A stretch of DNA of 64,000 bases from an uncultured Candidatus Micrarchaeota archaeon. GTDB taxonomy: Archaea > Micrarchaeota > Micrarchaeia > Anstonellales > Bilamarchaeaceae. The first letter of the stretch is position 1; every line of letters starts with the position of its first letter. The position numbers and the translations under genes were made by a program. The notes beneath the pieces were generated by a model. The model saw only the letters and a program-made list of their open reading frames with translations. It was not told the origin of the DNA and did no database searches. Shown here one piece after another: positions 44,701 to 55,420 of the stretch. Where the stretch lies: assembly GCA_963714085.1 (NCBI GenBank), contig OY970229.1, forward strand, positions 1,376,001 through 1,440,000. The letters run 5' to 3'.

Positions 44701-47700
44701 AACCTGAAAGTCAGGGAAGTGATACCTGAATCGGACTATTTCGACGAGGCGAAGCTCGCGCTGGTCGACGTGCCGGCAGGATACGGCGTGCTCAACACGT
44801 GGAGCTACACCTACCCGTTCAACCAGGCGCCGACCGAGAATTTCATGACCATAAAGGACCCAGTGGCGCCCATCAGCGCGACGGACAGCTACGGCAACAA
44901 TGTGCTATCCGAAGTCTCCGCCAAAGACGGCGTCCCGGTGCCGATATACGACAAAGTCCAGAATCCGATAACATTGGACTTCGGCTCTATCGACAATCCG
45001 CAATACGCGAAGCTGGTCATCACCGGCTGGGCCGCCTACGATGTTAACTCAGCCCTCAAGCCGCAGAACTACCTGCTGGTGCAGACGCCTGACGGGAACG
45101 GAGGATGGATCACACGCGGCTCATTCGGCAGCTTCATCGGCGACTCCAGGACCATAGTCTTCAACATCTCCGGCATCCTGCAATCCAACGACACGAGAAT
45201 AAGGATAATCGCGCCCTCCTCGTCATCCACAATACACCTGATCGACCAGGTGCTGCTGGACGATTCCCCGCCGGTGAACTACACCGTGACCTACGTGGAT
45301 CCGAGCAACGCAACCCTGCAATGGGGCGGCTCCACCAGCTACGACTACCCGACCATAACCCACCGGGACATCGACGTCACGGACGACCACAACCCGTCCA
45401 TACCAGAGGACCAGATGTACGGCAACTTCACCAAATACGGCGACGTCCTGCCCCTGCTCAACGCGGCGGACGACGAGTTCGTGGTGATGCGCCACGGCGA
45501 CGAGCTGCAGCTGCAGTTCAACGCGACCCTGCAGGCTCCGGGCACGGACAGGTACGCCTTCCTGCTCGCTGACGACATGTACACGATAAAGTCCAGCATA
45601 AACGGGTTCGTCAGCGATTCCATAGACCCCATGCCGTTCCACGGCATGGCCCAGTATCCGTACAACTCGTCGGTGGCCTACTCCAACGAGACACAGCGCC
45701 AGGCGTATGCGGCAGAATGGAACACCAGGGTGTACCCAGAACCAGCGCTCAACTCGACCGCCATAGCCCTGCCTTATTCATTCAACAACACCATCTTCGA
45801 TAACACGATAGTCGGAGGTAATCCCTACGCCACAGGCATTATGCTGGATAGCGAGAACTCCACGAATCTGCTCAACAACAATATCTCCAGCGTGGAAACG
45901 GGCATATACTCGGACGACTCCTTCGGCACGCAGATAAGCGGCAACATGATAAACGCGAGCAACGACGGAACCGGCATCTACCTGTATTACGAGAACGGGG
46001 ACAACTACACCAACAGCACCGTCTCGAACAACACCATAACGAGCGACGATGTCGGCATTTACTTTGATGGCGACTCGATCAACTGCAATGTGAGCGGAAA
46101 CAACCTGACCACGGGCGGATACGGGTTAGAACTGGCATCCGGCTCCACCGCGAACACCTTCCTGGCAAACTCCCTGACCGGGGATTACTGGGTGGACGAC
46201 GGGGTGGGCGGCAATTCCTACAACGACTCGACCTCAGGCAACATCTACTACCTCGCGGACGGCACGCCTTCCTGGGACGTCTACAACATCACGGACATAA
46301 ACGGAGACGACTGGGCGGACATCGGAAGCGACCTGCCCTTCAACTCCACCACGCAGGTGGGCATCGACGGCTATTGGACCGGCTACGGAGCGGACGCTCA
46401 TCCATACGTCATCAGTGCGGTGATAGTCGGCCTGATCTTCCCGCCGCAAGGTTATTCCACGACTTCGGGCTCGATCAACTTCACGTTCAACGTGACGGGC
46501 GCGAGCGAGACCTTCAACTGTTCCGAGTTCCTGGACGGCGTGCTGAACCAGGACGTGCCATCGGTGACGAACGACACGGTGGCCCTGTTCACTATCAGCG
46601 GCATAGCCCAGGGGAGCCATTCATGGTACGTCCAGTGCACCGATAACGCCAGCGATGTAGGCACTAGCGTGACCGAGGACTTCAGCGTCGTCGCGGTTTC
46701 GCCTCCCTCTTCTCCATCCGGGGGAGGGGGCGGTGGCGGAGGCGGCGGTGAGGGTGGAGGCGGAGGCGGCGGCGCGGTCGCACCGACCGGCAACGTCACA
46801 CTCGTGCATCCGATCACTCCGGAAAACGCGTGCAAGCTGGACAGCGACTGCAACGGCAGCCAGGCATGCCTCGGCGGCTTCTGCAGGCAGCTGAACGGAA
46901 CGTGCGGATTCGCTGCCAACCATACCTGGAACCACTACGAGTGCTGCTCGGATTCCATGTGCCCCTCGGGCTCGGAATGCAGCAACAACTCCTGCGTGGT
47001 CTCCCAGGTGGTTCCCCCGGTCCAGCCCCCGGTGAACAACCAGACGGTTTACGTGACGGAGCAGCCGTGCCAGTGCAGGCTCTTCGGCATGTGCTCGCCG
47101 ACCGGCTCTCCGCTGATAGCAGGCAGCTGCTGGTACAACTCCGTGATCGCCGCCATCGTGGCGATAATCATCCTGGGCTTCGCGTACCGCATGATCGGGC
47201 GCGGAAAGAAGAAAGTCCAAGAGCCCGTGGAACACGCGAAGCATAAGGGAGGGAAGCACGGGCACAAGGCGCCGATGGCCTTGCTGCTCCTTATGCTAGT
47301 GCCTCTCTTCCACGCCCAGAGCACCCAGACGGTCGGCCTCCCGCAGCCCCTGTTCTCCTCCTCGTACACGATCGGGACCAAGAACACGACCACCTATTAC
47401 TTCTACATAGTCAACCAGAACGACACCCCGACCACGGCGTTCCGGCTCTCCCTGTCCAGTGCCATGAACTGGTTCAATCCGAACAACCTCACCTACCCCC
47501 TTAACCCTGATTCAATCTCGGGGAATTCACCCTACTGGGATTTCCCCCCGCTTCCGCCCAACGAGACCGCCGAGATCTCCTTCTCGGTCCACGCCAACGT
47601 CGCGCTCCCGCAGAACATCATCGTGAACGCAAATCCCCTGAGCAACTGGTCCGGGGAATGCGCGAACCTCGTGCCGCTTCCGGGGCAGAACCGTAGCGAA

Positions 47701-48693
47701 CAGTACATATCATCCTACCTCGCCTCCATCAACCGGAGCTCTATTTTCAGGGTCTACTACGAGAGCGGCAACCTTTCGGGCACATTGTATTCGCTGACGC
47801 ACCTCGTAAACTACGACGCATTCGCCGTGTTCCAGCTCACGAACCAGTCCGGGAGCATAAACGTGAGCATGGTGCAGGACCCGAATGCCATAAACGATAT
47901 CGTGACGGCATACGCCGGCATAGCATCCCCGCAGCCGACCGCGGACGTCACAAGGCCGTATTCGGCCGTTCTCCTCGCGAAGTCCTCGAAGACCGCCGCG
48001 CAGAACGAGTGCTTCAACCTCACTGGCATGGACAAGTACACCTGCACGGACAACGTCTCCTGCCGCCTCGCGTGCTTCTCTGTGCAGGTCTGCTACGACA
48101 TGAGCCAGGGATGGGACTTCATAAACTCGATACTGGATTACCACCACAAGGTGGACGCGGCGAACGCGCAGCTGGACAGCGCGCAGGCCGCGGCATCGTC
48201 ATTCAGCGACTCGCCCTCCTACGATGGCGCCGAAGCCCTGCTGGCGCAATTCGATTCCCTGAACCGGGCCGAGACGCAGGTCATATTCCAGCCCCTGATG
48301 ACATCGTACGAATTCTGCCAGACGCCGGACTATTCCCTGATGCAGCAGATGGACGCCAGGAGGCAGATACTCGATTACCTGGACTCGACCTGCATCTACG
48401 GGAAGAAGGACAGCATGGTGGAGGAGAGCGTGGACATGGCCCAAGAATTCAGCCAGACTCCGGTTAGGAGCGCGCCCGCGCCGGTCGCTCCCACGGTCCA
48501 GAACGCGACCTCGGTGGTGAAGGTAAACACCGTCACGGTGCCTGCTGGCAACGAATGCAGCACGATATTCGGCGTGGGCTCTGTCGCAGGAGTCTGCCTG
48601 CAGTGGTGGCTCATCGGGATCGTGGTGGTCCTGGCGCTGGCCGTGATAGTCTTCTGGGACAGCATACCCGCGCTGTCCAAGCGCAGGAAATGA
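23728..48693 (+). CDS. Giant (8321 aa) cell-surface protein: signal peptide, 2 EGF-like domains, 12 beta-helix modules, 4 LamG-like domains, 3 'SCPFLY' domains, NHL propeller, poly-Gly linker, Cys-rich region, membrane anchors
   Basis: Uninterrupted ORF; hydrophobic N-terminus; CSC..GW.G..C; repeated CV(N/D)L(S/T)..ITLC caps; FNG.IDEVRI LamG motifs; [18 protein letters not shown] repeats; C-terminal TM followed by KRRK. Confidence 0.95.
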   Translation: MRVYAFLGVLLILAGLCLSLDGWGIFNQYQGHTALGSTGFPLSVRLDAADSNSGSHLSLSPVSSGASMDSFYPTIFQLSGFGARYASLEGDSSDNGSACSSPADCNYDGDCVGGVCSCYSGWTGSTCAVPSCDGGPCNSVMGNSLMSIGCVNLSSTSTYQGKVSGTIAHGLRVNGSITLCQGTYSFPSGVTALTIKADNVVINCNGSSIIGSNSSNVYAFYSTHDYTVIQNCNISDFSTGIYFDGTSNGWIDNTTVSTTYDYSFPNGIGILLDGAATNTISNSSLYAPNGYGAYLESSDDNVLASNSFLSGSGALLYIDSSASNTLYWNNFTDTSGYYVDDEAGGNFYNATIGAQNEGNIWYDVMAGSVNVTGPTSSSGFPSLYIGDRGPGYPYDSNVTGKVTSNVADYAPLTPYQTIDCSGLSNCSGNGECTGYNVCSCNGGWSGDSCDTPPYSGCVDLTNSSTFNDSISGSIGSGFTVIGPITLCQDNYSIPGVTALTVTEPDVAIDCAGSSITGNQVGNGIEVDSSDNVTVENCIISDYNNGVEYSSSNNGTVLNDAAYNNLQYGFSLSSSSGDLFSNNTASSNDVSGIYLSSSSNDTIVDNNASANGGAPTSYGIYLDTSSNDTLANNEADSNGAAGTTYGYGIYLSSSSNDTLINNDVSSNSVTSTGSIGGGGLSEGYGIYLTSSSDNTIANNNVSSNDGNIVVCGSAYGFGIYLDSGSSYNILSNNTADSNSGNNGGGSGVGIGLVLNTGSDYNTLSNNTVSSTSASSNGLYPCATPVVAAYGLVVGASSNNVLSNNTITNTTATNGNDEAVYFQSSDYNTFLGNTLQGAHWVYDDTDTNAFNDSTSGNIYYLANGTGAWGVYSIFDTNGDGWADIGSALPFSSSLSGGQWSGDGQDWHPATANDCVNLSDPSTYQGNVTGVMASGLTVTGSITLCEDNYSFSGVTALTVTEPNVTIDCAGSLISGDNTTGTYGVYSDQFNTSVENCGISSFDTAIAYSGDNGTIENTNILSSASYGISLSSSSYDDISDSTVTAPDYAISLASSSDNVIENTTLESSGGTGTLLTADISSGGNTFYWDNFSNPASQYVNDANGGNFYNATEGNLWGNVLNGSVNITGTESSTGFPSLYVGNGGSGYPYDDANSMGMVTGVTDHAPLTSSPYSGCVNLSDPSTYDGDISGSIGSGFSVNGSITLCEDNYSFSGVTALTVTEPDVTVDCAGNYISSDSGSYDGIYSIYNSTVVQNCNINGFQYGIDFEGVNYGIINDTYSNGSTRGISLSDSNYDNIINSTGGDEGIAGIEIYQSSYNNITDSEGIGTGYGNGISFESSSDNILTNVTASSESEYGIYCYGATDNTISGSMLSGGSGALDMEGSSNDNVVANSTMDGMATMALSVDSTSNGNAFVNNTLQDAAPLVEVAGSGNTFCWDNFTDTSGYYVTDTSSGANYYDSALCNGEGNIWANVMDGEAGINGTTPSTGFPSLFIGNATYNDSDSLGKVSGVADDEPLTANAAGPVSPVFFVPQTPDNGSNTTNPFVGINVSIAAQNPNSVVYNWNGTNFTMYDSSLVLMLNLDNNSALGEDATHFTDESSSSTNLTCTDPACPTLVPGRYGNAYSFDGVDDFIGTGSANLNFGAGQPYTLALWIYPLSTGPTFMSLGGDEGTPGYYSEYLSLNGDQTVRLGLRQAWMGDWVAVNSNAPVSLDAWNYVVAVNDGSNLMLYVNGVPSGTVPLGSFGSYPLASNDLYIGEQTSIGSNYFNGSIDEVRIWKTALSQQQVYEQYASNLQEYNGTQWYLYVDQARNATAGLAPGAYTFQVYAANGTGMFSTEERTVNALYSGCVNLTDPSTYQDEVSGDNDTTGFTVNSSITLCPDSYSFGDVNALTVTEPNVTIDCAGSSLTGDNTTGTFGISSSQFNTTIENCNVGDFSTGILFNGASNGTIDNTNASTTHGSSYPYDGIGIVLGNGAQYDTIIDSNGTAISSVGIYLDSSSYDTIINSTAASSVGAGFNIHSSTNNAIIDSTGISDSNKGIDLFSGSSYNSIINSTGTSNSDNGIYLYTGCDYNNISGSTGTSNTSNGILLWVDSNDTIINSTGISGSYFAIHVLSSTGSIIINSTGTSSLQGILLESSSHDQVIGGTYSGNPAIHVFNSNYESIVNSTGTSSSFAGIQLNAGSSNNTVTGSTLSGGSSYGIFISDGSYNTFLANTIRGDRWVSDANETDVYNDSTSGNIYYLANGTPAKSVYDIHSSTSTWADSGSDLPFSSSLSGGQWSGDGQDWHPWVGPYSGCVNLSDPSTYQGEVSGDNETAGFSVNSSITLCTDNYSFGGVTALTVTEPYVTIDCAGASMTGEPLDGAYGIYSSQSNTTIENCMIQNFTYGIYMEGASGAIIYNNTVQNLTGAGFGIWNYLPGGTSAGVYLNNSTDSVISSNTFSGITGGYGGGNPYTGGRGGDGGNAFGVYLANSASDSVYSNSVSSLTGGAGGYSYGFPGSNGGAAAGVYLVDFSSGNVSSNSISSLTGGDAGNGGTGGDALGIYFIGSSSNNVSSNSVSSISGGPGYYAATVSAIFLTGSDHNTLLGNALQSAHWVYDDTDTNSFNNSFMGNIYYLANGTGSWLVYNITDNNSDGWADVGSDLPFSSSTQVGIDGHWVGSGEDWHPRIVYIGCVNLSNPGTYQGNISGSMGSGFSVNGSITLCPDNYSFGYINALNVEADNVAIDCNGSSITGSGGYEGVYSDYTNTTVENCNIVDFNQGVEFDGATYGTILDNDFQYNSQGVNLDYGSGNNLVEYNNFSENYQGFNAYYSNNNQILYNNISSTMQNNGVGTSCPFLYTWNGTGYDFVSDISRGGHIGSSSNPGKNIFPQDFTKIPGSMLQPQDGQYGVKVTEEYDEISYLDQLDLYTVDHSPEVDVYPGFLTSNFSTFYTVSKNPQPVASCKSDGGVNCLANISGANDYTSVPMNLTLNLGNLSNASSIKLILSLARAPRNFNGNKSLQVINGTKWVNLYKGSDFTSNGGMPRVVVIDLTGKFPTNNYTIKLMLPTALFNYVKVDTTPQETTIVNSYPAASADLHHRGYSTLIGNITMTSDYYNVSATSNYSNPSGNFTKYGDVLSLLNATDDEYVIMHHGDEIALTFNYTPVADGMQRDFMLYSNAFYKQANDSNGSTVTPLPFQAMTGYPYPANQSYPNDTAHQQYLYDCNTRYYQGGNVTTDSAGALPYSHDNLVQGNIINGSSSSTGLYVYGEQSSQFIDNNLSGVLYGFDEERSTNLLNENNSIQGAGLYAVYVRNNYESNTVSNIMDNATWGVYIDGDSGDQVTGNNMTHVVNGISVTDGADSEAILGNSISASGTTTEFSSPYGVAYGPDGYLYVTDTGNNVVERINTTTSETDVVAGQPMDNSYQEGVGSGAIFSYPAALAFGPDGYLYVADHCIIRKINVTTNQTFFVAGDNVGLDCGYQEGAGSAALFSWPQGLAFGPDGYLYVADSDNDVIRRIDVATNETSLVAGTPDTTGYVENDTDGSHAEFYSPTALAFGPDGYLYVTDMTNQLIRKVNITTTGTYYVAGSPGYCGYQDGINDSAQFCYPQGLAFGQDGFLYVADTDNGLIRKADVDTGQTYFVAGNGGSYQEGVGANASFDFPRGLSAGQGNTIYITDTNNNRVRSIDTTTNQTSLVAGNGYSDFIFDYERSALLLQDTGDNTIANNTFDSELSAVNLLDTGDNLFVNNTLSSPSTLLTVDPSSGSNTFYWNNFTDTSGLYVNDSGSDDYYDATTPAATDEGNIWANVVSGQVVITGTEHSAGFPQYLIGSGGSGYPYDDATSMGKTIGVTDNAPLVPSVPCINLTDPSTYTDNISGDMSSGFSVNGSVLLCPDNYSFSGVTALTAVADNVTMDCNGASIIGDGSSYTYGVRSDSVSNTTVENCNITDFTDDVYFRSVSGGSITNSEMSFAQPRGSWPNGLGIYLSASTGVNVSGNNVHDNNDFAIYLDSNSDGNEISYNNLSDNSQGIILWYSDSNMIGHNTIINSYTSYGSCPFLYLMNGSNYSYYTDLGGEPLGTKWFVPQKYTAGTYELGDFQPTDGVYQLKIREVIPESDYLDQAKLELVDVPQGYGVLNTWSYTYPFNQAPNESFMTIKDPIAPISATDNYNNSVLSQVSGKDGVPVPIYNKVQNPITLDFGNIASPQYAKLVITGWAAYDVNPALRPQNYLIVQTPNATGGWTTRRQFGSFIGDSRTIVFDISGILQSNDTRMRIIAPSSSSTIHLIDQVLLDDSPPVNFTVTTVNASSADLQYGGSADYVYATISHRHVNVTDAHNPAIPDDLMYGNFTAYGDVLPLLANADDEFVVMRHGDELQLQFNDTPRQIGMDRYAFLLADDMYTIKSSINGFVNDSISPMPFHGMSKYPYNGSGNFSDGAAHAAYESQWNTRSYAEPLPNSSAVSLPYSFNNTVFENTIIGGSSYSTGMSLDNEESTKVLDNNISGVETGITDYYSIGTLIRGNIIIANNSGTGVYLYYENNLNYTNSSISDNTISSDDIGIQLDWDSLNVMVSNNTINSSSTSVYVTDGSTADTILHNNITSGSWVEDDVGGNQYNDSTSGNIYYLANGTPSWEVYNITDINGDGWADTGSDLPFSSLLSGGQWTGYGADWHPWTGMASPIFFVIPTPANGATMGGTSIPANVSMNVTDMQSFTWNLDGTNSSLYDDSLVLMLNLDNVSALGESDSSVTNASLYGNNGSVNGGAVWTLDGKYNGAYSFNGVDSYLEIPDSSSLELSGADDFTISEWIKPAALNQTGDFFDKAVETYGVGQFQIWFTLTGDDRFLFNLGAEGNNWEWLYSNANYTTDWTHIVVVKSGSNVTDYINGVPDNSYTTGDTWASANTVPIDIGRFRRDGASYFNGSIDEVRVFRRALSPAEVTQLYDSSLKRYDANDWQFTANESNLAAGSHTIQAFAVNGTGNTFSTEERTITLLPPPPTQGVPILNSTFGTNTASENLTVYNQSTVGATKNIINWYANGTPIDMLNMPFEGGSNSAWTRDYSDYGNNGTVYGATWNATGGYDGNGAYQFDGVSGWIDATGSSGLDFTSPFTVSFWFKPADADSPDDTFIIDKRTSGDPWRTFDFQMYSNNVYFSIWSVPRAQTIISGSTNLSSDTWYHAVGVFNGTDISLYLDGNLENSSPTASTTIQPSDDDIRIGNLNSAPTDFFNGTIDDILVFNRALSPEEILALYDNRTDVMVSQELHVGDTWQACMTPNNGIQDGATSCSNNLTVLNALPTQGIPILNSTFGTNTTSENLTVYNQSTVGATTNIINWYMDGSSIAVLNMPFEGGSNSIWTEDYSGFDNNGTVSGATWNATGGHDGNGAYMFDGIDNMIDLGNPASLSIGGTDSLTIEAWIKKASSDATGFIVTKNNSGGGGGYTMAIGVLPCNATQVKVTKYNVIDICLSGVPSDTNWHHLVEMGNASGVFLFVDGVLTDSSTDNESWLTSSSNTVIGYGTDVGPQGFNGSIDDVRIYNRSLSSQEILALYDNRTDVMVSQELHVGDTWQACMTPNDGFQDGATECSNNVTILPTACVNLTDPSTFNGNILGDLADGFIVNGSVTLCRDVYPMPGDILAMNVTEPGVTVDCDGATLVGDNWSSNLGIYSDQFNTTITNCNLDNFSTGILLNFSADNSTIVGNNISSTNTEGLGMSMFSIPSAISSESSGDIIQGNNMNTSIASILFLGGVNNTVSYDNAEAEVPIALFGSEQNNFSYVNATGNNEFDFGAGIYLAESAYNDFSNITDNATDGLGVYLIGSENNTFLGDTIEAPVWVSDDTGNNTFNDSTSGNTYYEANGTPSWDVYNIVDTNGDGWADVGRDLPFSSSLSGGEWEGYGADWHPYTAVRCVDLTNSSTYQDMVSGDMADGFSINGSVTLCPGNYSVGGMNITTPDTTLDCEDSSVSSGSPGSGTGVSIQADGDSVIHCDISGFSYGIDSSGSTNVTISNDTISNSSTAAIHGFTGPDWMHVQDNTLYGNNVAIWFDAVHEGDVISGNEIDNSTIHGMELVYIDNATVSDNTIYNVSGGDDLCGCSGGSCPDSTCGEGIYANGVTNSVFSNNTITYTFASGIGFTNSQNNLISDGEIGFANRYYADNWSWMQVGGGIWYDPDSSNNTATGLYMHNDTGGAFDVQGDYNTIEGNNLNHNCGGVQQIYCNGASNLVISGNNITDGTGSGIFAIACADMNVTDNHIDRNAANGLNIYSGSENALVENNTFVNNTNWALYLGSSSDTFLHNTFQGSYWVDDYGTGDSYNDSTSGNIYYLADGTPSWDVYNITDINGDGWADVGSDLPFSSATQVGIDGYWGGSGQDWHPWAGISCVNLTDPSTYGSYVSGSMGSGFSVNGSITLCTDNYSFDNVNALTVTEPNVTIDCAGSSILSDSDSYTGAYSDQPNTTIANCAISGFSTGVDVESGGDYASIVNSSVNAIDDGILIENVTGASVANSTADSIDYSAIELYGTTDSTVSESQATSEDGVAILVHNYANQNVIANDTATYLGDGCEYQICGAIFIGSSTGNLVDNNTVLSIGGHGIRIGAGNDVSDNNNVTDNTINSTSGVGITLNSGASNCYISNNNVDADSVNACPYTECGAIFFAGGSNNVIEGNNLTSHYWYGARLSSSSGNTFTNNSISSDSRYVLYLKSGSNTNTFLANAIQGGKWVSDSGSGNSYNDSTSGNIYYLANGTGAWKIYNITDTDADGWADIGSDLPFSSATQVGTDGYWAGSGQDWHPWVGIPCVNLTDPSTYTDNISGDMADGFSINGSVRICKDSYPIPGVTALTITGDNVTVDCNGASIIGDGSSGTYGVYSNHLNTTVENCNLSDYSDAIYFDSVAGGAITNNELSFAQSGGSWPDDLGLYMYSSTGINISGNNLHDNSFFAIYLDQGSDNNEITYNNISSNDNLGMYLYYSDNNQIGYNTMLNSYVSYGSCPFLYLWNGSGYDYYTDLGGEPLGTAWFKPQKYTAGTYELGDFQPTDGVYNLKVREVIPESDYFDEAKLALVDVPAGYGVLNTWSYTYPFNQAPTENFMTIKDPVAPISATDSYGNNVLSEVSAKDGVPVPIYDKVQNPITLDFGSIDNPQYAKLVITGWAAYDVNSALKPQNYLLVQTPDGNGGWITRGSFGSFIGDSRTIVFNISGILQSNDTRIRIIAPSSSSTIHLIDQVLLDDSPPVNYTVTYVDPSNATLQWGGSTSYDYPTITHRDIDVTDDHNPSIPEDQMYGNFTKYGDVLPLLNAADDEFVVMRHGDELQLQFNATLQAPGTDRYAFLLADDMYTIKSSINGFVSDSIDPMPFHGMAQYPYNSSVAYSNETQRQAYAAEWNTRVYPEPALNSTAIALPYSFNNTIFDNTIVGGNPYATGIMLDSENSTNLLNNNISSVETGIYSDDSFGTQISGNMINASNDGTGIYLYYENGDNYTNSTVSNNTITSDDVGIYFDGDSINCNVSGNNLTTGGYGLELASGSTANTFLANSLTGDYWVDDGVGGNSYNDSTSGNIYYLADGTPSWDVYNITDINGDDWADIGSDLPFNSTTQVGIDGYWTGYGADAHPYVISAVIVGLIFPPQGYSTTSGSINFTFNVTGASETFNCSEFLDGVLNQDVPSVTNDTVALFTISGIAQGSHSWYVQCTDNASDVGTSVTEDFSVVAVSPPSSPSGGGGGGGGGGEGGGGGGGAVAPTGNVTLVHPITPENACKLDSDCNGSQACLGGFCRQLNGTCGFAANHTWNHYECCSDSMCPSGSECSNNSCVVSQVVPPVQPPVNNQTVYVTEQPCQCRLFGMCSPTGSPLIAGSCWYNSVIAAIVAIIILGFAYRMIGRGKKKVQEPVEHAKHKGGKHGHKAPMALLLLMLVPLFHAQSTQTVGLPQPLFSSSYTIGTKNTTTYYFYIVNQNDTPTTAFRLSLSSAMNWFNPNNLTYPLNPDSISGNSPYWDFPPLPPNETAEISFSVHANVALPQNIIVNANPLSNWSGECANLVPLPGQNRSEQYISSYLASINRSSIFRVYYESGNLSGTLYSLTHLVNYDAFAVFQLTNQSGSINVSMVQDPNAINDIVTAYAGIASPQPTADVTRPYSAVLLAKSSKTAAQNECFNLTGMDKYTCTDNVSCRLACFSVQVCYDMSQGWDFINSILDYHHKVDAANAQLDSAQAAASSFSDSPSYDGAEALLAQFDSLNRAETQVIFQPLMTSYEFCQTPDYSLMQQMDARRQILDYLDSTCIYGKKDSMVEESVDMAQEFSQTPVRSAPAPVAPTVQNATSVVKVNTVTVPAGNECSTIFGVGSVAGVCLQWWLIGIVVVLALAVIVFWDSIPALSKRRK
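35215..46410 (+). repeat. Intragenic duplication of a ~2.4-kb module (starts 35215 and 43975, offset 8760)
   Basis: Long shared stretches such as ggatacggcgtgctcaacacgtggagctacac and cacggcgacgagctgcagctgcagttcaac in both copies. Confidence 0.9.
39338..40323 (+). repeat. Exact 95-bp repeat (39338-39432 and 40229-40323) at the ends of tandem LamG modules
   Basis: aggaaatcctcgccctgtacgataaccgc...gcctgcatgacgcccaac is identical in both copies. Confidence 0.9.
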
Positions 48694-48713
48694 TCTGTTT
48701 CCAGGTCGATCCC

Positions 48714-49109
48714 ATGGCCGTGAAGAAAACGGAAGAGGAATGGAAGCGCAGGCTCAGCCCGGAGCAGTACAGCGTGCTCAGGGGCAAGGGCACTGAGATA
48801 CCGTTCACGGGCAAGCTCCTCTTCAACAAGGAGAAGGGAGTCTACGCATGCGCGGCATGCGGCGCGGAGCTCTTCTCGTCCGAGACCAAGTACGATTCGG
48901 ACTGCGGATGGCCCAGCTTCTACGAAGCGCTCAAGGACAAGGTCGAGCTGCACGAGGACAGGAGCCTCGGCATGACGCGCATAGAGGTCACCTGCAGGAA
49001 CTGCGGCGGCCATCTCGGGCACGTGTTCGACGACGGTCCGAAGCCGACAGGGAAGCGCTTCTGCATAAACTCGGTCTCATTGGATTTCAAGAAGGAAAAA
49101 AAGAGATAA
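48714..49109 (+). CDS. msrB: Peptide methionine-(R)-sulfoxide reductase MsrB
   Basis: [54 protein letters not shown]. Confidence 0.97.
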   Translation: MAVKKTEEEWKRRLSPEQYSVLRGKGTEIPFTGKLLFNKEKGVYACAACGAELFSSETKYDSDCGWPSFYEALKDKVELHEDRSLGMTRIEVTCRNCGGHLGHVFDDGPKPTGKRFCINSVSLDFKKEKKR

Positions 49110-49112
49110 GCC

Positions 49113-50954
49113 CTATTTCAGGAACATGACGTCGTCCCAGGGGTGCCTGTAGAGCTCGCTTTTGAGCCTCTTCTGGTCGTATATGTGGCCCATGAGCCCT
49201 ATGGAGCGCGCTAGCACGAACAGCCCGTTCAGGTAGCCGATCTCCACCATGCTCTCCAGCTCTTCCTTGGAGAAGCAGCCGCAGCTCGAGAACATGTCCG
49301 TGAACGTCACTCCTATGCAGCCGTCCACGTTCAGGATGAGGTTGTTCGCCTTCTCGAGCGTCACGCTCTCCACCGCGAGCGCGTAGTCCAGGTATCTCGT
49401 CTCGGGGAAGTGCTTCTTGGCGTAGGCCTTCAGGAACTCCACCCTCTTGTCCGGGTTGTCCCTCGACTTTATCCTGTGCCCGATGCCGGGGATGCGTATG
49501 GCCTTGCGCTTCATGTCGTCCACGAAACCCTCGGGCGTCATCCCCGCGTCGCACCCGGCCTTGAAATATCGTGCAGCGTCGTCTATCGCGCCCCCGAACC
49601 TCGGCCCTATTGTCAGGAGCCCGGATGCCAGCGACGAAACGACGTCCTTGCCCGCTCTAGAAGCGACAATCGCGTTGTGCGCGCCCGAGACGCATGGCCC
49701 GTGGTCGGCCGCGACTATGAGGCAGAGCTCGATGTATTTAGACGCGTATTTCGGCAATTTCCTCTTGAACCAGAGCAGCGATATGACATCCCCTATCGAG
49801 TAGTCCTTCTCTATTATCTCGGTGAGCGGCACCCCGCCATAGAGCACGTCCTCGCCCCGGTCGTCCGAGACCGAGCACATGAAGTTCGCGCTCCTGCGCA
49901 CCGTGCCCGCCTTGAGCGCGGCCGCGTAATCCTGCGGGACTATCGGAAGCTCGGGCTCCTTTATCTCCTTCACTTTCCCGGCGGACTTGAGCTTTCCGAA
50001 CTCCTCCTTGATCGCAGCCCCGAGCCCTTCGAACGACCCCGGGACTATCACGCCCGCGTCCTTCATGGCCTTGTTCTTGGCGTCCGCGGTCTCCTTATCC
50101 TTGCCGGATTTCGCGCCCGCATGGCCGAACTGCACCTCGGTCGGGAAGACTTTCGAGCAGGTGCCTATGCACCACCCAATGAGCGGCTTGGTTATTTTCC
50201 CGGATCTCTTCGCCTCGGCTATCGCGTACTCGCTCTGCCCGCCCAACTCCCCCAGCACCACCATCATCTTTATGTCCGGGTTGGCCTCGAACCTGAGCAG
50301 GTGGTCGAGCAGCTCGGAGCCAGGGTACGCGTCGCCGCCTATGGCGATGCCCTCGTTCACCCCGTCGCTGTTCTGGGCTATGACATTGTACATCTCGTTG
50401 GACATCCCGCCGGACTTGGAGACCAGGCCCACGCTCCCGGGCCGATAAAGCCTGCAGTTGGTGATGTTCTCTATTGTTCCCGCGGTGTTCCCTATCCTGA
50501 AGCACCCTGATTTTATCCCGCCTACGGTGGCGGGCCCGATTATCCACTTGTTGTTCTTCTTCGCTAACGCTATCAGCTCGCGCGCCTCGCGCTCGGGCAT
50601 GCCTTCGGCGATTATCGCCACCGTGCGTATGGTCTTGCTCTCCAGCGCCTCTTTCGAGGAGGCGTATGCCGAGCGGAACGAGGCGAAGTTCACCATCACG
50701 TCCGCGTCCGGGACCGCCTTCGAGGCGTCCGCCACTGTGGAGAACACTGGTATGAGTATCTCGTTCTTGCCGAAGAACGCCTTCTGCCAGCCGGAGCTCC
50801 CGGGATTTATCACACCTGCCACGCTGGGCGTCTCCCTCCTGCAGAGGAAGTCGAAATCCAGCATCCTCTGTATCGGCCCTGCCTTGAGGTTGTACACGAA
50901 CGCCTTGGTCTTGTCCGTGAATAATTCGTAGCCGTCGTTCTTGGTTCTTGCCAT
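49113..50954 (-). CDS. aclA: ATP citrate lyase alpha subunit
   Basis: IIGPATVGG, KSGGMSNE, QFGHAGA (phospho-His), DHGPCVSGAHN, IPGIGHR, LNVDG. Confidence 0.95.
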   Translation of the reverse strand: MARTKNDGYELFTDKTKAFVYNLKAGPIQRMLDFDFLCRRETPSVAGVINPGSSGWQKAFFGKNEILIPVFSTVADASKAVPDADVMVNFASFRSAYASSKEALESKTIRTVAIIAEGMPEREARELIALAKKNNKWIIGPATVGGIKSGCFRIGNTAGTIENITNCRLYRPGSVGLVSKSGGMSNEMYNVIAQNSDGVNEGIAIGGDAYPGSELLDHLLRFEANPDIKMMVVLGELGGQSEYAIAEAKRSGKITKPLIGWCIGTCSKVFPTEVQFGHAGAKSGKDKETADAKNKAMKDAGVIVPGSFEGLGAAIKEEFGKLKSAGKVKEIKEPELPIVPQDYAAALKAGTVRRSANFMCSVSDDRGEDVLYGGVPLTEIIEKDYSIGDVISLLWFKRKLPKYASKYIELCLIVAADHGPCVSGAHNAIVASRAGKDVVSSLASGLLTIGPRFGGAIDDAARYFKAGCDAGMTPEGFVDDMKRKAIRIPGIGHRIKSRDNPDKRVEFLKAYAKKHFPETRYLDYALAVESVTLEKANNLILNVDGCIGVTFTDMFSSCGCFSKEELESMVEIGYLNGLFVLARSIGLMGHIYDQKRLKSELYRHPWDDVMFLK

Positions 50955-50966
50955 GCTTCCCACCCT

Positions 50967-52220
50967 TTATCTGCCGAGCCTCTTTATCGCGAGCGGCACG
51001 ACGTAGGTCATGCTCGTCTCCGGCCCGTAGACCTCTATCGGTATCTCCAGCTCCTTGCCGAGCTCCCGCATGAGCTTCAAGCCGGTCTGGTAATTGGGAC
51101 CGCCCCTCCTCACGAAGATGCTCATCTTCGCCTTCTTCAGCTTGTCCTTGTACTCGCGCAATGCGCGCACGATTCCCTTGAACGTGTTCGCCACGTCCGT
51201 GAAGTTCGCGATCCCCCCTCCTATGATGAGCACCTTGCCCTTGGGATCGCTCTTCCTGGTCGCGAGGTCCAGTATGGTCTTCGCGTAATTATACGTCTCC
51301 TCCTCGTTCGGGTCGCCGCTGTACTCCCCGTAGTTGGCGAGCTCCTTCATGTATCCCAGGTCCACGACCGTATCCGCGTAGATCACCGATGCCCCCCCGC
51401 CGGCGACCATGGTCCATATCCTGCCCTCGGGGTTCAGGATGGTGAGCTTCAATGACGCGCCGGTCTTCTCGTCCAGCCCCTTGACGAATTTCTCCTCGGG
51501 ATACGGCTTCCTGCCGAAGGGCTCAGGGAACTCCATGTCGCCCCATTTCGCGCTGTCCTTGAAATCCGCGCAGTCGTCCAGCTCCATGCGCAGGTCGAGC
51601 GGCACCGGATTCCCGTCCGCGTCGAATGTGAACGGGTTCATCTCCAATAGCGAGAGGTCCAGGTCCACGAAGACCTTGTGGGCCTTTGCGAAGAACTCCG
51701 CTGCCTTGGCCTTCCTCTCCGCGGGTATCCTGCCGTCAAGCGCCTTCTCTATGGCTCTCTTGTCCGCGGCTTCCCCTACCGGGACGGGTACCTTCACCAT
51801 CTTGTCCCAGTTCGCCTCCACGTCCATGCCGCCTGCCGTCGAGAAGAGCAGCGTGTCCTCGTAGCGCCCTGGCGAGATGGAGAAATAGTACTCCTCCTTG
51901 TGCGCCACGAACGGCTCTATTATGAAATGCGTGAGCGCGCCCTTCACTCCGGAGACCTCCACCTCGCGCTCCATGTTCTTCTTTATGAACTCCTTGGCCT
52001 TGGCGAAATCCGCGTCCAGGAGCACCAGGTTGCTCTTGCCCCTCTTCCCGAAGAGCATGTCCGGCTTCACGACCAGCTTCTTCTGCAGCAGCCAGGGGTT
52101 CTCCTTGGCCAGCGCGTCCAGGTCAGTGCCCGGCTTCGCCTGGCAGCATGCTATCGGCAGCCCCATCTGCTTCGCAAGAAGCCGCTTCCCGTCGTGTTCG
52201 CGCACTTTCCTCCTCGCCAT
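50967..52220 (-). CDS. aclB: ATP citrate lyase beta subunit
   Basis: KPDMLFGKRGK, WTMVAGGGASV, NYGEYSG.P, GGGIANFT, RRGGPNY. Confidence 0.95.
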   Translation of the reverse strand: MARRKVREHDGKRLLAKQMGLPIACCQAKPGTDLDALAKENPWLLQKKLVVKPDMLFGKRGKSNLVLLDADFAKAKEFIKKNMEREVEVSGVKGALTHFIIEPFVAHKEEYYFSISPGRYEDTLLFSTAGGMDVEANWDKMVKVPVPVGEAADKRAIEKALDGRIPAERKAKAAEFFAKAHKVFVDLDLSLLEMNPFTFDADGNPVPLDLRMELDDCADFKDSAKWGDMEFPEPFGRKPYPEEKFVKGLDEKTGASLKLTILNPEGRIWTMVAGGGASVIYADTVVDLGYMKELANYGEYSGDPNEEETYNYAKTILDLATRKSDPKGKVLIIGGGIANFTDVANTFKGIVRALREYKDKLKKAKMSIFVRRGGPNYQTGLKLMRELGKELEIPIEVYGPETSMTYVVPLAIKRLGR

Positions 52221-52230
52221 CGCAACGCCC

Positions 52231-53454
52231 TCACATATTGCTTATTATCGCATCCCCGAACTCCGAGCATTTGAGGAGCTTCGCGCCCTCTATCTGCCTC
52301 TCGAGGTCGTAGGTCACGCGCTTCTGCTGTATCGTCTTCTCAACCCCATGGTCCACGAGCTTGGCCGCCTCGGCCCATCCCATGTACTCCAGCATCATCA
52401 TGGCGGAGAGTATTATGGAGCCCGGGTTGACCTTGTCCTGGCCCGCGTGCTTGGGCGCTGTGCCGTGGGTCGCCTCGAAGAGCGCGTGCCCGGTCACGTA
52501 ATTGATGTTCGCGCCAGGCGCTATGCCGAGCCCGCCGACCTGCGCAGCGCACGCATCAGAAATATAGTCCCCATTCAAATTCGGCGTCGCTATCACGCTG
52601 TACTCGTCAGGCCTGAGAAGCACCTGCTGGAACATGGAGTCCGCGATGCGGTCGTTTAAGAGGATTTTGCCCTCCGGCATCTTGCCGTCGTATTTCTCCG
52701 TGACCTCCTTCTCGGTGACCACTTTGTCAGCGAACTTCTCCTTCGCTATCTGGTAGCCCCATTCCTGGAACGCGCCTTCGGTGAACTTCATGATGTTGCC
52801 CTTGTGCATCATGGTCACGCTCTTCCTGCCGTGGTCGATCGCGTATTGTATCGCGGCTGCAACGAGCCTCTGGGAGCCGGTCTTTGACATCGGCTTTATC
52901 CCTATTCCCGAATCCAGCCTCACTTTCTTGCCCATCTCCTTGTCCAGGAAGGCGATGACCTTCTGCGCCTCCGGCGTCCCTTCCTTCCACTCTATGCCTG
53001 CATAGACGTCCTCTGTGTTCTCCCTGAACACCACGACGTCGAGCTTCTCCGGCTCCTTCACCGGGCATGGCGTTCCCTTGTACCATCTGGTCGGCCTGAC
53101 GCAGCAGTATAAGTCCAGCACCTGGCGCATGGTGACGTTGAGCGACCTGTGCCCTCCGCCTATCGGCGTGGTGAGCGGGCCCTTGATCGCGACGAGGTCC
53201 TCGCGTATCGTGGCGACGGTCGCGTCAGGCAGATAAGTGCCGGTTGCCTTGAAGCAATCCTCGCCGGCCTCCAGCTTCTGCCAGTGGATTTTTTTCTTCC
53301 CATGGTAAGCCTTCTGCACCGCCGCGTCCACGACTTTCATCATGACCGGCGTGATGTCGACGCCTACACCGTCGCCCTGGATATACGGTATCACCGGCTC
53401 GTCCGGGACATGCAGCTTCCCGTTCTTCATGGTTATTTTGCTTCCATTAGCCAT
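52231..53454 (-). CDS. icd: Isocitrate dehydrogenase (E. coli-type, probably NADP-dependent)
   Basis: [63 protein letters not shown]. Confidence 0.97.
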   Translation of the reverse strand: MANGSKITMKNGKLHVPDEPVIPYIQGDGVGVDITPVMMKVVDAAVQKAYHGKKKIHWQKLEAGEDCFKATGTYLPDATVATIREDLVAIKGPLTTPIGGGHRSLNVTMRQVLDLYCCVRPTRWYKGTPCPVKEPEKLDVVVFRENTEDVYAGIEWKEGTPEAQKVIAFLDKEMGKKVRLDSGIGIKPMSKTGSQRLVAAAIQYAIDHGRKSVTMMHKGNIMKFTEGAFQEWGYQIAKEKFADKVVTEKEVTEKYDGKMPEGKILLNDRIADSMFQQVLLRPDEYSVIATPNLNGDYISDACAAQVGGLGIAPGANINYVTGHALFEATHGTAPKHAGQDKVNPGSIILSAMMMLEYMGWAEAAKLVDHGVEKTIQQKRVTYDLERQIEGAKLLKCSEFGDAIISNM

Positions 53455-53611
53455 GCATCCCACCTCGTTTTAACGTATGATAGAATCGGGATACGTTCGG
53501 CGAAAGTCTTTATAAATAATCGCCTGGGCGGAAGAAGAATTCGGCGATGGACGATATCCACTACGCCGCCAGTGCTGTTTTTAATCATCATCGGCGATGA
53601 ATGCACGGATG

Positions 53612-53673
53612 ATCCAAGGCCCCGATGAGCGGACTATCATTACCCAAGCTAGCGAGGGGCTGCGGGGACTGGT
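53612..53673 (+). repeat. Perfect 62-bp direct repeat, copy 1
   Basis: atccaaggccccgatgagcggactatcattacccaagctagcgaggggctgcggggactggt. Confidence 0.95.
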
Positions 53674-53737
53674 CTGCTTGAAAATCGTTTCCTTAGAAAA
53701 CGATATATTTATAAAATCGTTCTGTTAGAAAACGTTT

Positions 53738-55003
53738 ATGGAAAGCATAGACGATGTGCTTAAGGAATGGGGAAGTGTTGCAACCAGCAAACCACTCAAA
53801 AACAGGGCGTTCGATGTAAACAGGGCGATAGCCGAGTCCAACCGCCGGGTGGTATCCGTCACCGGCGTAAGAAGGGCCGGAAAAAGCTCGGTTTTGATGC
53901 TCATCTACAGGAAATTGAAGTCTCTCGGGAAAAAGGCCGCGTATGTCAATCTGGAAGATAACCGCCTGCAATTCCCCCAGGTGCTCGACACGGTACTCAA
54001 ACAAACACAGGATGCGGAATGGCTGCTATTGGACGAGGTGACTGCAGCGAAAGAATGGGACAGCTGGATCCATAGGATAAATGAAATGAAAAGCGTGCAC
54101 CTCATAACAACGTCTTCCCTCAACAAACTATCCAGGTTCCCGCCAAAAGCATTGCGGGGAAGGATATCATATTTCGAGCTGTTCCCTCTCTCTTTTGCCG
54201 AGTTCCTCGCATTCAAGGCCATAAATCCGCCGGAGACGACCAGGGAAATCGGGATTGTGGAACGCGCCCTGGACGAGTTCCTGGTCTATGGGGGTTTTCC
54301 GGAGGTGGTCCTGTCGGAAAACAAGGTCGGCATCATCCAGGAGTACATGAACTCCATAGTCTCGCTGGACGTGGCTGCGCTTTCAACCGCCCCGCTGAAG
54401 GTGGTCTCGGATTTCTCAGCGCAGCTCATCGGCACAACATTCTTTTCGGCAACCAAATCGGAGAATGTGATGAAGAACATCGGGCATAAGATCGGGAAGG
54501 GCACGCTGTTGGAACTGGAACAGCTCTTCGAAATCGCTTATCTGGCGTTTTTCGTCCCGGTTTTCTCGACAAAGATAAAGGACGAGGCGCTTTATCCGCG
54601 AAAGGTCTACCTAGGCGATACGGGATTTTTCTATGCAGCGACAGGGAAAAAGAATTTCGGGAGGATGTACGAAAACGCGGTCTTCCTGCAGCTCAAGAGG
54701 AAGCTCAGTCCGCTGGAGCGGATTTCCTATTACAGGTCAGCCGGCAACCGTGAAGTGGATTTTGTGATCCGGCAGGGGACCGAGGTCAAGAGGCTGATAC
54801 AAGTCGTGTACGACCTGGAAGACGAAGGGACGAAAAACCGGGAACTGCAAGCCCTGGCAGAGGCTGCGAAGGAATTCGGTCTGGATGGGAAAAAGAAGGA
54901 ACTGCTCGTGATCACGAAAGATGTCGAAGCCCAGGAAGAGATTGATGGCGTGAGGGTCTTCTATAAGAGGCTTTGGAGATGGCTGATAGAGGAAGGCAGA
55001 TGA
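53738..55003 (+). CDS. AAA+ ATP-binding protein (COG1373-like, AAA_14 + DUF4143)
   Basis: GVRRAGKS, LLLDEV, LRGR..ELFPLSFAEF, YGGFPE, RKVYLGDTG, ENAVF, EVDFVI. Confidence 0.92.
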   Translation: MESIDDVLKEWGSVATSKPLKNRAFDVNRAIAESNRRVVSVTGVRRAGKSSVLMLIYRKLKSLGKKAAYVNLEDNRLQFPQVLDTVLKQTQDAEWLLLDEVTAAKEWDSWIHRINEMKSVHLITTSSLNKLSRFPPKALRGRISYFELFPLSFAEFLAFKAINPPETTREIGIVERALDEFLVYGGFPEVVLSENKVGIIQEYMNSIVSLDVAALSTAPLKVVSDFSAQLIGTTFFSATKSENVMKNIGHKIGKGTLLELEQLFEIAYLAFFVPVFSTKIKDEALYPRKVYLGDTGFFYAATGKKNFGRMYENAVFLQLKRKLSPLERISYYRSAGNREVDFVIRQGTEVKRLIQVVYDLEDEGTKNRELQALAEAAKEFGLDGKKKELLVITKDVEAQEEIDGVRVFYKRLWRWLIEEGR

Positions 55004-55012
55004 GGCGATGGT

Positions 55013-55372
55013 ATGGGTGTTGATCTTTATGTGGTGGTTCCGAAATTGAGGACAAGAATCTACGTCGGAAGGCACGTCTCAGAAGAAAATTCTGAAGAGT
55101 GCATGGAAAAATTGAATAAAATCATCGACAACAATACGGATGGAAGATACGAAGCGGATGTCGCTTCTGTGAATTATAAAGACATCAAGGCAAGGGACAT
55201 GGCGCGGCTCATTACATTCTATGAAGATGCGGTCTACCTTCTTGATGACCGGCTTATAGACAATATCCTGGTGCATGAATTGCTTCGGGTATTCCCGGAT
55301 TCAAAACTCGTTGCAGACTGTTCAGAAGAACATATCAAATATCGCGGTTATGCAGAGTACCCAAAAGGATAG
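55013..55372 (+). CDS. Hypothetical protein
   Basis: 119-aa ORF starting 9 nt after the ATPase stop, with a GAGG SD. Confidence 0.65.
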   Translation: MGVDLYVVVPKLRTRIYVGRHVSEENSEECMEKLNKIIDNNTDGRYEADVASVNYKDIKARDMARLITFYEDAVYLLDDRLIDNILVHELLRVFPDSKLVADCSEEHIKYRGYAEYPKG

Positions 55373-55420
55373 TGTACAATCAGGTGCGGGTGGGAACGAT
55401 GCAGCCTCACGTTTTCTACA

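Noticed and set aside
23728..48693. Diversity-generating retroelement acting on the giant gene
   Set aside because: No reverse transcriptase in the window, and mismatches between repeats are not adenine-specific
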